NCBI GenBank assembly: GCA_963838955.1
Contig: CAWISZ010000003.1
Location: forward strand, 341,121 to 405,120
From: an uncultured Thermoplasmata archaeon
Lineage (GTDB): Archaea > Thermoplasmatota > Thermoplasmata > Lutacidiplasmatales > UBA184
DNA: 64,000 nt
Direction: 5' to 3'
Shown here: positions 39,425-49,116 of the stretch, one piece after another
How positions within the stretch are numbered: the stretch's first letter is position 1
Layout: every line of letters begins with the position of its first letter
The notes under the pieces: generated by a model
Told to the model about the DNA's origin: nothing
Database searches by the model: none
What the model saw: only the letters and a program-made list of their open reading frames with translations
Program-made: the position numbers and the translations under genes

Positions 39425-40926
39425 ACAACCTCCCGCAGGGCCTTCTCCTCGAGAGCGAGGGAAGGGCGCGCGTCCCAGAACGCTCCGAAGCTCTCGGCGG
39501 CCTGATAGACGAGGAGCCGAGCGCCGTCCTCGTAGCGACCGCCGTAGTGGGTCGTCATTTCTCCCAGGAACGGCCGATCCGGCCGATAAACAAAATCCAG
39601 GACATAGGTGCCCGAGCCGCATCGCTCGGTCCACGGGACGTCGAGCGAAGGAACCCCGGACCGCCCGGCGGGGGTCGCATGAACGATGAGCGACGCCGGA
39701 GCCGACGAGATTCGGGATACTTCCACGCCGAACTCTCGCGCAAGGCGGGCGACGTGGCTGGCCGATCGGCCCAGGATCTCGGCACTCGCCCCGAGCTCGG
39801 ATGCGGCGACGAGGGTGGCGCGGGCCGCACCTCCCGTCCCGATCACGAGGAGCCGGTCGTCGCTCCAGGCGCCGGATTCCCGCAGCTCGCCCAGGCGACG
39901 GACCGTAGCGCTCACATCGAAGTTCTCCGCCCGCCAGACCCGATCGGTGCGCACCAGGACGTTTGCGCAGCCGGCCCGCTCGGCCGCGGGTCCGCATCGG
40001 TCGGCGAGACGCAGCGCGGCGTCCTTCCACGGATGGGTGACGTTCATGCCGAGGAGCCCGTCCTCCCCGAGCGGACGGAGCACGTGTGCCAGCTCTTCCT
40101 CGGACTCGATGTCGAGGGCAAGGTACAGGCCCGGCTTCCCTTCCTCCGACATCCATAGCGTATGCACGGCGGGCGATAGGGAGTGGCCGATCGGGTGACC
40201 CGCGACCGCGAACAGCCGACCGAACTCGCCCGCATCGTAGAACCTTCGAAGTCGGTCCACGGGGAGCTGGGACGGCTCCACTGCGGACTCTCCGCGAAGG
40301 CGCAGGTCCCGGCTCGGAGGCGCCGCAAACACGGCCGCGAATCCAAAGCGCGGAGCCAATGCTCGGATCAGAGATCCCGAAGCGCCGGTCGTCAGGACGA
40401 TCTCCGGGCGGATGCTGCCTCCGGAGCGGAGAAGCGGACGGACCTCTCGGTAGAAGCGGCCCACTCCGCAGGGTAGTACCACTTTGACGATAGCTCCCCG
40501 AGGCTGGTGACCGGAGAGGAGCTCGGAGACCTTCTCGGCGGTGTCGTTGGCCCGGAGATGGCAGGAGAGGATCAAGGTCGGGCGTTGCGGTCGTGCTCCA
40601 ACGCTCGCGATCAGGGCACGGTCGCGTCGCAGCTCGAGGTCGAGGTACGCGAACGGCAGATCGGCCAGCGCGCTCAGGATCTTCGTCCGATCGCGAAGAT
40701 CATCGAGCCCTGCGCCTCCTTCCGCGGTGGAACGGTACGTGGCGAGCAGGGGCAGCGGACTGGGGAACAGCTCGGCCGCACGTCGGAGATCCTCCCGGGC
40801 CCATCGATCGAAGCGGATCTCGACCGCACCGGCCCCGTGCGGGACGAGCTCGGCCACCTCCGCGCGCGTCGCCTCCAGGGTTCGGGAGGGGATCGTCACG
40901 ATCACGAGCGGGAGGCTCTCCGTCAT
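39412..40926 (-). CDS. Bifunctional 3-dehydroquinate dehydratase (type I) / shikimate 5-dehydrogenase fusion
   Basis: A single 504-aa ORF from the ATG at 40926. The N-terminal roughly 215 aa are AroD-like (…AIVKVVLPCG…). It continues in frame, with no stop, into an AroE domain (…FAVAGHPIGHSLSPAVH…GMNVTHPWKDAA…VIGTGGAARA…). Confidence 0.75.
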   Translation of the reverse strand: MTESLPLVIVTIPSRTLEATRAEVAELVPHGAGAVEIRFDRWAREDLRRAAELFPSPLPLLATYRSTAEGGAGLDDLRDRTKILSALADLPFAYLDLELRRDRALIASVGARPQRPTLILSCHLRANDTAEKVSELLSGHQPRGAIVKVVLPCGVGRFYREVRPLLRSGGSIRPEIVLTTGASGSLIRALAPRFGFAAVFAAPPSRDLRLRGESAVEPSQLPVDRLRRFYDAGEFGRLFAVAGHPIGHSLSPAVHTLWMSEEGKPGLYLALDIESEEELAHVLRPLGEDGLLGMNVTHPWKDAALRLADRCGPAAERAGCANVLVRTDRVWRAENFDVSATVRRLGELRESGAWSDDRLLVIGTGGAARATLVAASELGASAEILGRSASHVARLAREFGVEVSRISSAPASLIVHATPAGRSGVPSLDVPWTERCGSGTYVLDFVYRPDRPFLGEMTTHYGGRYEDGARLLVYQAAESFGAFWDARPSLALEEKALREVVCAA

Positions 40927-41954
40927 CGTTCCTCGATCGTCTCCGATACGGCCACACCGAGATGGCGGCCCGCGGCGAGCGAGACGCCGTACACCTCGGT
41001 TCCGATCCGAAGGTCGGTCGTAGCGACCCGTCCTTCCGGAGTCGTCAGTCGAACGGTCTCCGCCTCTTGGAGGAAGATCGTGAACGTTCGGCCGCCCCGC
41101 TCGACCTCGATGAGCACGAAAGGGCGGCGTTCGATCTTGATGCGACCGACGCGGGCCGAACGCGACGAGCCGTCCGGGCTCGCCACGAGCACCGCATCCC
41201 CCGCGACGAGCTCGCTGAGGTACCGAGTCTCTCCGTTGGCGAGCAAGGTGTAGGAGTGGGCCGCACCGGCGTTGACGCGGAAGGGCCGCGGTCGGGTGTA
41301 CCGGGATCCGATCGCCTCGCTCGCGACGTGAAGCAGGAAGGCGGCGGCGCTCCCCACCAGAAGCCCCTCCTCCGGCCGGAGGAGCGAGGTCGTATCGACG
41401 ATGACACGATCGCCGCCTCCGACGGGGATGATTCGACGGATCGGGACGCGTTCGAGGCTCAGGGGTATCCCTCGCCTCTCGAGCACCGCTTCCACCGCAT
41501 CGATCGATTCGGGCGAATCGAGCTCGACCACGATGGAGTCGGCCCCATGTTCGAGCGCGCCCAAGAATCCGGGAATCTCCTCGGTCCTCCGGGTCACGAC
41601 CCAGAGCGTGCCCGGTCGAGAACGTGCGGCCACGAGATTCTCCAGAGGGATGACGCGCTCCTGGCTCCAGCGCACCGCCACCGATTTCCCCATGCGCAGG
41701 GGGCCGAGGACGGCGTCCATATCGGCAGGGACCGACACCGGGACGATGGGAATCTCCTCGCGGCTCGGGGCGGGCCCGACGATCCGATCCCCGACCCGTG
41801 AGTAGAGCTGCCGACCGGCCGCCAACTCGATTGCAACGCTGGCCGTCGGAACGAGGAAGCGGTGGAATCCGCGTCGCTCGGCCCGCTCGACGAACGCGTG
41901 GACCGTCGTAGCCTCGGTCGCGGTCGGGCAGAGGACGAGCCGGTCGATCGTCAT
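40923..41954 (-). CDS. 3-dehydroquinate synthase II (archaeal, ADH-dependent)
   Basis: 343 aa. Family identity is inferred from its position between ADH synthase and aroD-aroE and from its similar length. Confidence 0.7.
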   Translation of the reverse strand: MTIDRLVLCPTATEATTVHAFVERAERRGFHRFLVPTASVAIELAAGRQLYSRVGDRIVGPAPSREEIPIVPVSVPADMDAVLGPLRMGKSVAVRWSQERVIPLENLVAARSRPGTLWVVTRRTEEIPGFLGALEHGADSIVVELDSPESIDAVEAVLERRGIPLSLERVPIRRIIPVGGGDRVIVDTTSLLRPEEGLLVGSAAAFLLHVASEAIGSRYTRPRPFRVNAGAAHSYTLLANGETRYLSELVAGDAVLVASPDGSSRSARVGRIKIERRPFVLIEVERGGRTFTIFLQEAETVRLTTPEGRVATTDLRIGTEVYGVSLAAGRHLGVAVSETIEER

Positions 41955-41959
41955 GGGAT

Positions 41960-42781
41960 CTACGCCGCACCGTGAAGGATCTCGGCGATCGGCCGTGCGA
42001 TGGCGGAGACGGGCTTGCGCTGGAACAGGTTGCGGCCGATACAGATTCCCGCGGCGCCGACGCTCACGGTTTCGTGGACAAGGCGCAGGAACTCCGAGTC
42101 GTTATCGAGACGGGCCCCCCCACCGAGGAGCAACGGTACCGGGGTCGTTCGGACGAGGCGCTTGTACTCCTCGAGCGAGCCGGGGTACCCCGTCTTGACA
42201 ATGTCGGCCCCGGTATCGGCAGCCGCGCGACAGGCATGTCGGATCTCGTCGGGCGTCCCCCCGTTGGGTTTCTTGACGTAGGTCATGCACATTAGCGGCA
42301 AGCCGATCGTTCGGCACTGGTCGGCCGCGATCCCGAGCGAGCGCAACATCTCGCCCTCTTCCGCGACCCCAAAATTCACCTGGATCGACAGGAGATCCGC
42401 ACCGAGCGCGACCGCCTCTTCCGCGGTGCCGACGAGGACCTTAAGATTCGAGTTCGGGGCGAGGCTCGTCGATGCCGACATATGGATGCCAAGAAGAGTG
42501 CGGGGCGCGAGCACCGGGACGAGGGGTCCGACGGCGCCTTTGGTGACCACGACCATGTCGACGCCGGAGTCCTGGAGCTCCCGCACGAGCGCCGGGGCGT
42601 CCTCGAGCCCGTCGATCGGGCCCATAGAGACCGAGTGGTCGAGCGGGACCGAGAACAGGTGCCGGTGTTTGTTCGGGAAGATCCTGCGCAGTCGGATCGT
42701 TTTTCCGTACACTTTTTCCTCCTCCAACGTTTGGTGTGGTGAGGGAAGCTCCGGAGGCCGAACCACTCTCGGGTTCAACAA
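41960..42781 (-). CDS. 2-amino-3,7-dideoxy-D-threo-hept-6-ulosonate (ADH) synthase, class-I aldolase family
   Basis: …KVYGKTIRLRRIF…VPLDHSVSMGPIDGL…ADIVKTGYPG…GICIGRNLFQ… closely parallels the M. jannaschii MJ0400 ADH synthase that I recall. The listed start is a TTG, so the true start is uncertain. Confidence 0.8.
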   Translation of the reverse strand: MLNPRVVRPPELPSPHQTLEEEKVYGKTIRLRRIFPNKHRHLFSVPLDHSVSMGPIDGLEDAPALVRELQDSGVDMVVVTKGAVGPLVPVLAPRTLLGIHMSASTSLAPNSNLKVLVGTAEEAVALGADLLSIQVNFGVAEEGEMLRSLGIAADQCRTIGLPLMCMTYVKKPNGGTPDEIRHACRAAADTGADIVKTGYPGSLEEYKRLVRTTPVPLLLGGGARLDNDSEFLRLVHETVSVGAAGICIGRNLFQRKPVSAIARPIAEILHGAA

Positions 42782-42946
42782 AAGTGGGACGCGCCGTCCG
42801 AGCGCTTCCCGGTCACCAGAGCCAGATACTGACCGTCCCCGTCGGGACCTCGGCTCGCTCTTCGCCGCTCCGCTGGCCGATCATCGAATTCCCCACGGAG
42901 ACCCCCGTATTTAGCATTGAGCGGGCCCGCTTTCCCCCGTGGGCGC

Positions 42947-43606
42947 TCAGCCGTACGTGAGGTAGGATACTGCCAGCAGGCCGATCCCGACCGCGGCGGG
43001 GACGACGGCCCATGCCCAGCGGTTGCCCTGGACCGCCTGACCGATCCGTGCACCGTACCAGAACAGCCAGCCGATCCCGAGGGCGTTCGAGACGTACCAG
43101 GCTACGAGCTTGTCCGGGATCACGAGGAACGGGAGCGCAAGCAGCGCCGCGACGACCAGATAGATGAAGATGATCGCGACCCAGCCACGACCTTCCTCGT
43201 AGGTGATAGTCCGCGCCGGGATGACGGTGGCTTCGGGCGGGTGCGCGAGAATGGTCGCGGTGATCGTCGCCTTCGCCTCGGCGGAAAAGTGCGTGAGGAA
43301 GGTGTCGTCCAATAGGTCGCGGACTTCGGAGGAGATCGCGGGCCGTTCCTTCCCCTGTTTGAGCTGCTCGACGATTCGCGCGTCCCGACCACGATCGATC
43401 GCGCTCGACGTGGCGTAAATGAACCCGTCGATGAGGCCCCAAGCGAGGCAGGCGAGGACGTCGACCCGGACGATGTACCAGAATCCGCTGCTCAGGTTCC
43501 CGAGCGCGACGTATCCGTTGATGATCACGACCATGATCACCGCGAAGGCGACCTCGGCCGAGCCGTCGGTGCTGCTCAGGAACTGAGGAAACCAGCGTTG
43601 GGCCAT
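42947..43606 (-). CDS. Hypothetical integral membrane protein
   Basis: 219 aa with about 5 hydrophobic helices. No recognisable family. Confidence 0.4.
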   Translation of the reverse strand: MAQRWFPQFLSSTDGSAEVAFAVIMVVIINGYVALGNLSSGFWYIVRVDVLACLAWGLIDGFIYATSSAIDRGRDARIVEQLKQGKERPAISSEVRDLLDDTFLTHFSAEAKATITATILAHPPEATVIPARTITYEEGRGWVAIIFIYLVVAALLALPFLVIPDKLVAWYVSNALGIGWLFWYGARIGQAVQGNRWAWAVVPAAVGIGLLAVSYLTYG

Positions 43607-43924
43607 CTGCGAGGCAAGAGGAGCCCTGCCTCCCCATAGGCTTGTGCTGGGACAGTCCGTCCGCCTCGTACGATGGAATCCAGAGCGCCCCGGCCCGGAG
43701 GCTCAGGGTCCTGCCGTGCCCATTCGGCGTTCCAGCGCCACCAATCGAGGAGCGAACGTCGCCGGGTACGCCGTCCCGACGTTGGGCGTGCTCGGTGGGT
43801 ACCGGTGCTTGGGAAGCCCGTCGGCATCGCATAGATCCGGGAATCGGTCGGGATCGAGGCGGGGTTGTTCCGGGTCCAGCACGACCGGCGGCTCCCGGTG
43901 CCATCGAGGCCTGAAGGGCACCGC

Positions 43925-43960
43925 TGAGACTGGTTGGATTTATATAATAGCGCTAACATT
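43925..43960 (+). promoter_or_regulatory. Candidate dnaK promoter: TATA box plus an adjacent 8-nt palindrome
   Basis: TTTATATAAT (43937-43946) is the only AT-rich stretch in a roughly 400-bp GC-rich spacer. It is followed by TAGCGCTA, and AAAGGGG precedes the dnaK ATG. Confidence 0.35.
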
Positions 43961-44012
43961 CTATTGCCGATAACCTGGGGACGCTTCCCGAGGGCCATCA
44001 AAGGGGTACACT

Positions 44013-45908
44013 ATGTCAAAAATCATTGGAATCGATCTAGGGACGAGCAACTCGGCGGCCTCCATGTTGGAAGGCGGGCGGCCCGCGATCATCCCGAGCG
44101 CCGAGGGCACGACCGTCGGCGGTGGGAAGGCATTCCCTTCCTACGTCGCCTTCGCCAAGGACGGTCAGCTGATCGTCGGCGAGCCGGCGCGCCGTCAGGC
44201 GATCTCGAACCCCGAGGGTACGGTCACCGCTTTCAAGCGAAAGATGGGGACCGATTTCAAGTACCGACTCCAGGGGAAGGAGTACACTCCGCAGCAGCTC
44301 TCCGGGTTCCTGCTCCAAAAGATCAAGCGGGACGCGGAGGCCTTCATCGGAGAGAAGGTCGACAAGGCGGTCATCACCGTCCCGGCCTACTTCAACGACA
44401 ACCAGCGCCAAGCGACGAAGGACGCCGGTGCCATCGCCGGCCTCGAGGTCGTCCGTATCATCAACGAGCCTACGGCCGCGAGCCTCGCCTACGGACTCGA
44501 CAAGAGCGGCAAGAGCCAGAAGATTCTCGTCTTCGACCTCGGCGGCGGGACCCTCGATGTCACGATCATGGACTTCGGAGATGGAGTCTTCGAAGTCGTC
44601 TCCACGAGCGGCGATACCCAGCTCGGTGGGACCGACATGGACACGGCGATCACCGACTGGATCGCGGTGGAGTTCCGCAAAGAGAGCGGGATCGACATTC
44701 GCTCGGACAAGATGGCGGTCCAGCGGGTACGCGATGCGGCGGAGAAGGCCAAGATCGAGCTCTCTTCGACGTTGGACACCCAGATCAATCTGCCCTTCCT
44801 GACCGCGACCCACGAGGGCCCGAAGCACCTCGCCCTTCAGTTGACCCGCGCCAAGCTCGAAGAGCTCGTGCGCAACATCATCGCCCGATGCAAGCCCCCG
44901 GTCGAACAAGCACTCAAGGACGCGAAGCTGACGAAGGATCAGATCGATCGCATCGTCCTGGTCGGCGGTCCAACCCGCATGCCGGTGGTCCAGAGGTTCT
45001 TGGAAACCGAGCTGGGCCGACCGATCGAGCGGGGAGTCGACCCGATGGAGTGCGTCGCGACGGGTGCCGCGATCCAGGGCGGCGTGCTCGCCGGCGAGGT
45101 CAAGGATGTGCTGCTGCTCGACGTGACCCCGCTCTCGCTCGGCGTGGAGACCCTTGGGGGTGTGTTCACCCGACTGATCGAGCGGAACACGACGATCCCC
45201 ACCCGGAAAGCCCAGGTGTTCAGCACGGCGGCCGATAACCAGTCGACGGTCGAGATCAAGGTCTTCCAAGGTGAGCGACCGATGAGCGAGGACAACGTCC
45301 CGCTCGGACGATTCCTGTTGACGGGGATCCCACCTGCGCCTCGGGGGGTCCCTCAGGTCGAGGTCACGTTCGACATCGACGCGAACGGACTCGTAAACGT
45401 CTCCGCGAAGGACCTCGCGAGCGGCCGCCAGCAAGGGATCACGATCAGCGCCGCGAACAAGCTGAGCAAGGACGACATCGAAAAGATGGTCAAACAGGCC
45501 GAGCAGTTCGCGACCAAGGACCGCGAACGCGCGGAGAGCGTCGAGGCGCGCAACCGTGCCGAATCGCTCGCCTACGAGGCTGAGCGACTTCTCGAAGAGC
45601 AGAAGGCGAAGGTTCCCGAGCCCGAGGCCGCCGAGCTCCGCGGGAAGATCACCGCCCTGCGCGGGGCCTTGAAAGCGACGGAGACCCCGGTCGCGCGGGT
45701 GCGGGAACTGACGGAGGAGCTCGTACGAGCGCTGCACGCTGTATCCCAGAAGCTGTACCAGGCCGCGTCTCCCCCGCCACCTCCGACCGAGCCCGCCGGC
45801 CCGAGCGCGACGCCCCCCCCGCCCGAAGAACCCTCATCGAACGGCCCCGTAGATGCGGACTTCAAGGTCGTCGACGACGACAAGGGCAACAGCCCGGGCT
45901 CCGCGTAG
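44013..45908 (+). CDS. dnaK: Chaperone DnaK (Hsp70)
   Basis: 631 aa, [18 protein letters not shown]…[11 protein letters not shown]…, a textbook Hsp70. No grpE or dnaJ is adjacent. Confidence 0.95.
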   Translation: MSKIIGIDLGTSNSAASMLEGGRPAIIPSAEGTTVGGGKAFPSYVAFAKDGQLIVGEPARRQAISNPEGTVTAFKRKMGTDFKYRLQGKEYTPQQLSGFLLQKIKRDAEAFIGEKVDKAVITVPAYFNDNQRQATKDAGAIAGLEVVRIINEPTAASLAYGLDKSGKSQKILVFDLGGGTLDVTIMDFGDGVFEVVSTSGDTQLGGTDMDTAITDWIAVEFRKESGIDIRSDKMAVQRVRDAAEKAKIELSSTLDTQINLPFLTATHEGPKHLALQLTRAKLEELVRNIIARCKPPVEQALKDAKLTKDQIDRIVLVGGPTRMPVVQRFLETELGRPIERGVDPMECVATGAAIQGGVLAGEVKDVLLLDVTPLSLGVETLGGVFTRLIERNTTIPTRKAQVFSTAADNQSTVEIKVFQGERPMSEDNVPLGRFLLTGIPPAPRGVPQVEVTFDIDANGLVNVSAKDLASGRQQGITISAANKLSKDDIEKMVKQAEQFATKDRERAESVEARNRAESLAYEAERLLEEQKAKVPEPEAAELRGKITALRGALKATETPVARVRELTEELVRALHAVSQKLYQAASPPPPPTEPAGPSATPPPPEEPSSNGPVDADFKVVDDDKGNSPGSA

Positions 45909-45933
45909 GCCGAGAGGACCGGGCCAGGGGCTG

Positions 45934-47064
45934 CTAGCCCGTTTCCCGCGGGCGCGGCCAGGTCCGGCCGCTCGCAGGTCCCTCGTATCGCACGTCGGGC
46001 CGGATCACCCGGTTGTCCGAGGCCTGTTCGAGCGCGTGGGCGACCCAACCGGCCGTTCGCGCGAGCCCGAAGGTCGGGGTCATGCAATCGCGCGGGATCC
46101 CGACCGCCTCGAGCACGACTGCGCTGTAGTACTCCACGTTCGTGTAGATGCGCGACCCCGGCCTCGCCCGGTGGAGCGCCTCGAGCGCACACCGCTCCAC
46201 CGTCTCTGCGAGCCGGAGGCGTGCCGGATCCGCGACGTCCCGAGCGAGCTGGTGGAGCAGTACCGCCCGGGGGTCCTCGACTTTGTAGACACGGTGACCG
46301 AACCCGTACAGGAGGCGCCGGTTCGCGAGTTGCTCCGCGACGTACGCTTCCGCGCGATCCGGCGTGCCCGCGGCGTCCAGCATCTCGACGACGAGGCTCG
46401 GTGCGCCGCCGTGCAGCGGTCCCTTGAGGACGGAGAGCGCGGCGGTCGCGGCGCTGATGAGGTCGGTCTGGGTCGATATCCCGATCGTGAGCGCGAACGT
46501 CGACGGGTTCATCCCATGGTCCGCGAGGAGATCGAAGTAGCCGGTCAGCGCGCGGACGTGGGAGGGAATCGGATCCCCTCCGTGCAGCATGGCGAGGTAG
46601 TTCGCGACCTGACCGAGTCCGGGTCGAGGGTCGATCGGCTCCGCGCCCCGCGAGCGGCGTAGATATCGCGCGAGGAGGACGGGAAGCCGGGCGATGAGCT
46701 CGTACCCTTGCTCGAGCGTCGGTGGGTACCCGTAGCTCCCATCTCCCATCATCGAGAGGAGCGTTCGCATCGCCTCGAGCGGGGGCTTGCCGGCCGGGAG
46801 CGCGTCGGCCGCCTCGGCGAGCGTCGGAGACAGGGTGCGGGCCGCCTCGAGCGCCCTCGAGATCCGTCGCGAGGGGTCCTCCGAGGGAGGATCGCCGAAC
46901 AAGAGAAGATGGACGACGGACTCGTACGGCGTTCCCGGCACGAGTTCCCGCACGTTGAAGCCGCGGTAGACGAGCGTCCCCGTTTCGCCACCGACGTCGC
47001 TGATCCGGCTCGAGCCGACGACCACTCCGGCGAGGCCCTTCGCTGCCGTGACGCTCTCGGGCAT
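45934..47064 (-). CDS. Citrate synthase (or 2-methylcitrate synthase)
   Basis: 376 aa, …LYGFGHRVYKVEDPRA… (catalytic His and Asp). Confidence 0.85.
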   Translation of the reverse strand: MPESVTAAKGLAGVVVGSSRISDVGGETGTLVYRGFNVRELVPGTPYESVVHLLLFGDPPSEDPSRRISRALEAARTLSPTLAEAADALPAGKPPLEAMRTLLSMMGDGSYGYPPTLEQGYELIARLPVLLARYLRRSRGAEPIDPRPGLGQVANYLAMLHGGDPIPSHVRALTGYFDLLADHGMNPSTFALTIGISTQTDLISAATAALSVLKGPLHGGAPSLVVEMLDAAGTPDRAEAYVAEQLANRRLLYGFGHRVYKVEDPRAVLLHQLARDVADPARLRLAETVERCALEALHRARPGSRIYTNVEYYSAVVLEAVGIPRDCMTPTFGLARTAGWVAHALEQASDNRVIRPDVRYEGPASGRTWPRPRETG

Positions 47065-47150
47065 GCGGCGCGACGGAGGAACGCGGAGATATCGCTTTGC
47101 CGGGGCGCGTTCCGGGAAAGGTTAAGGAAGCGCCCCCACTCCTGTCAGCG

Positions 47151-47393
47151 ATGGCGACCGGTCCGACCCGTGTTCTCGAACAGGCGCTCCACCAGCGCGT
47201 CTCGCTCGTCCTGAAGGACGGGCGCACGATCTCCGGGGAGCTCCTCGGCATCGACGAGCACCTCAACCTCGTTCTCGACCACTCCGAGGAGACGACCCCC
47301 GAGCGGACTCGTCGCCTCGGTCGCCTCATCGTTCGCGGCTCCAGCGTCACGAGCCTGTACGCGCCGGGCCGAATGCCGGCGAAAGCACCGTGA
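47151..47393 (+). CDS. Sm-like archaeal protein (SmAP/LSm)
   Basis: From the ATG at 47151: MATGPTRVLEQALHQRVSLVLKDGRTISGELLGIDEHLNLVLDH…RRLGRLIVRGSSVTSLY, with Sm1 and Sm2 motifs. Confidence 0.75.
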   Translation: MATGPTRVLEQALHQRVSLVLKDGRTISGELLGIDEHLNLVLDHSEETTPERTRRLGRLIVRGSSVTSLYAPGRMPAKAP

Positions 47394-48097
47394 GCGCGGT
47401 ACCCCCCGCGAACGATCGGGACCGCGCTCGTCTCCGTTCGAAAGGAGAGGAGCTCGCCGTCCTCAAGCAGCTCGCGCTCGCCGGCGCCGATCGCGCCCTG
47501 CTCGAATTGACCTCGCGTGAGGTCGGCGAGAAGATCGGGGCGAGCCAGCAGGCCGCGGACCGCTACCTCGTCGCGCTGGAGAAGAGGGGGTATCTCACCC
47601 GGACTTTCGTGGGCCGGCGCCCCAAGCTCGCGCTGACGGCCACGGGGATCGACGCGCTGCGCGCGGAGTATCACACGTACCACCGCATCTTCGACGGCCC
47701 GGCACGCATCTCCTTCCGGGGAGTCGTCACCTCCGGTCTCGGCGAAGGGCGCTACTATCTCTCACAGCCCGGATACGCTCAGCAGTTCCCCTCCCGCCTC
47801 GGATACGGCCCGTTTCCCGGCACCCTCAACGTTCGGATCGAGGCCGGGGCACGCCGCCAGATCGGGCTCGTGCGCCACTGGGCCGGGATCCGGATCGATG
47901 GCTTCCAAGCGGGGGACCGTACCTTCGGCGGGGCGACCTGCTACGTGGCCCGGCTCAATGACCATCCCTGCCACCTCATCCGACCGGATCGAACCCACTA
48001 CGAAGATGTCGTCGAATTCGTCGCCCCCGACTCCCTTCGAGAGACGCTGCACCTGGTGGATGCGATGGATGTCGGCGTCGAGGTCGAGGAATCGTGA
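47390..48097 (+). CDS. RbkR-type bifunctional protein: N-terminal winged-HTH regulator fused to a CTP-dependent riboflavin kinase
   Basis: The N-terminus (…GEKIGASQQAADRYLVALEKRGYLTR…) is a winged HTH. The C-terminus (…GLGEGRYYLSQPGYAQQF…PFPGTLNV…) is the archaeal riboflavin kinase (DUF120) fold. Confidence 0.75.
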   Translation: MSAVPPANDRDRARLRSKGEELAVLKQLALAGADRALLELTSREVGEKIGASQQAADRYLVALEKRGYLTRTFVGRRPKLALTATGIDALRAEYHTYHRIFDGPARISFRGVVTSGLGEGRYYLSQPGYAQQFPSRLGYGPFPGTLNVRIEAGARRQIGLVRHWAGIRIDGFQAGDRTFGGATCYVARLNDHPCHLIRPDRTHYEDVVEFVAPDSLRETLHLVDAMDVGVEVEES

Positions 48098-49116
48098 GCG
48101 CCCGATCGATCGCCCGCTCGGTCGCCAACGAGCGCCGGCCGGCACCCGCCGAGCCCGATGCCGCGCGCCGATTCGTCAACCAATGGGCGGAGGCGGAGGC
48201 CCTCGCCGGGGAGGAGGTCCGCGCGTTCGTGCTGATCCTGAGGACGCGCGGCTGCTACTGGGCGGACGTCAAGGGCTGCTCGATGTGCGGCTACGCGAAG
48301 GATACGCTCGGTCGCTCGGCCACCCCGGACGAGCTCGCCCATCAGCTCGAGGATGCGATCGGCCGCTATCGCGACGAGCCGTACGTCAAGGTCTACACCT
48401 CGGGGAGTTTCCTCGACGATCGCGAGGTCGACCCCGAGAGCCGCCGCCGGATCGTGGGCGCGTTCGCGGGCCGGGCCCGTCGGTTCTTGTTCGAGACGCT
48501 CCCCGAGTTCGCGACCCCGGAGGTGCTCGCCCCGCTCGCCGAGGTCTTCCCCGGGGAGATCGAGGCGGCGCTCGGCCTGGAGAGCGCCAACGCGGACGTC
48601 CTCTCCCGACTCATCAACAAGGGCTCCTCGCCCGAGGAGTACTTCGCCGCCGCGGACCGCGTGCGGATCGCGGGGATGAAGGCGAAGGCGTACCTGCTCC
48701 TCAAGCCGCCGTACCTCGGAGAAGGAGAAGCCATCGCCGATGTGGTCGCGTCGGTCGGGGCCGCCCAGGCGCATTTCGACGCTCTGTCCATCAACCCGGT
48801 CCACATCCAGAACGGCACCGTGGTCGAGTGGCTCTACCACCGCCGGCGCTACCGGCCTCCTTGGCTGTGGAGCGTGGTCGAGTCGATGGCCGAGGGAGCG
48901 GCGCAGCGCGGTGTGGCCCGTCTCCTTTCGTTCCCGACGGCGGGCGGTCTCGCCCGCGGGCCCCACAACTGCGGTCGATGCGATCGACGGGTGCTCGCGG
49001 CGATTCAGCGCGCCTCGCTCACGCAGGAGTTCGATCCCTTGCGCGAGCTCGACTGCGCGTGCCGAACGAACTGGGAGACCGTCCGCTCCCTCGAACCGAT
49101 CGGGGTCGAGGCGTGA
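48094..49116 (+). CDS. Radical-SAM-like protein (possibly TIGR01210/RaSEA-like, archaeosine-related)
   Basis: 340 aa with the Cys cluster …TRGCYWADVKGCSMCGY… near the N-terminus and a TIM-barrel-like remainder. Its family is uncertain. Confidence 0.45.
   Translation: MSARSIARSVANERRPAPAEPDAARRFVNQWAEAEALAGEEVRAFVLILRTRGCYWADVKGCSMCGYAKDTLGRSATPDELAHQLEDAIGRYRDEPYVKVYTSGSFLDDREVDPESRRRIVGAFAGRARRFLFETLPEFATPEVLAPLAEVFPGEIEAALGLESANADVLSRLINKGSSPEEYFAAADRVRIAGMKAKAYLLLKPPYLGEGEAIADVVASVGAAQAHFDALSINPVHIQNGTVVEWLYHRRRYRPPWLWSVVESMAEGAAQRGVARLLSFPTAGGLARGPHNCGRCDRRVLAAIQRASLTQEFDPLRELDCACRTNWETVRSLEPIGVEA

Noticed and set aside
43934-45238. A 434-aa plus-strand ORF overlapping dnaK, and a 566-aa minus-strand ORF (44037-45737).
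   Set aside because: These are out-of-frame and antisense reads of dnaK with low-complexity translations. DnaK itself is unambiguous.
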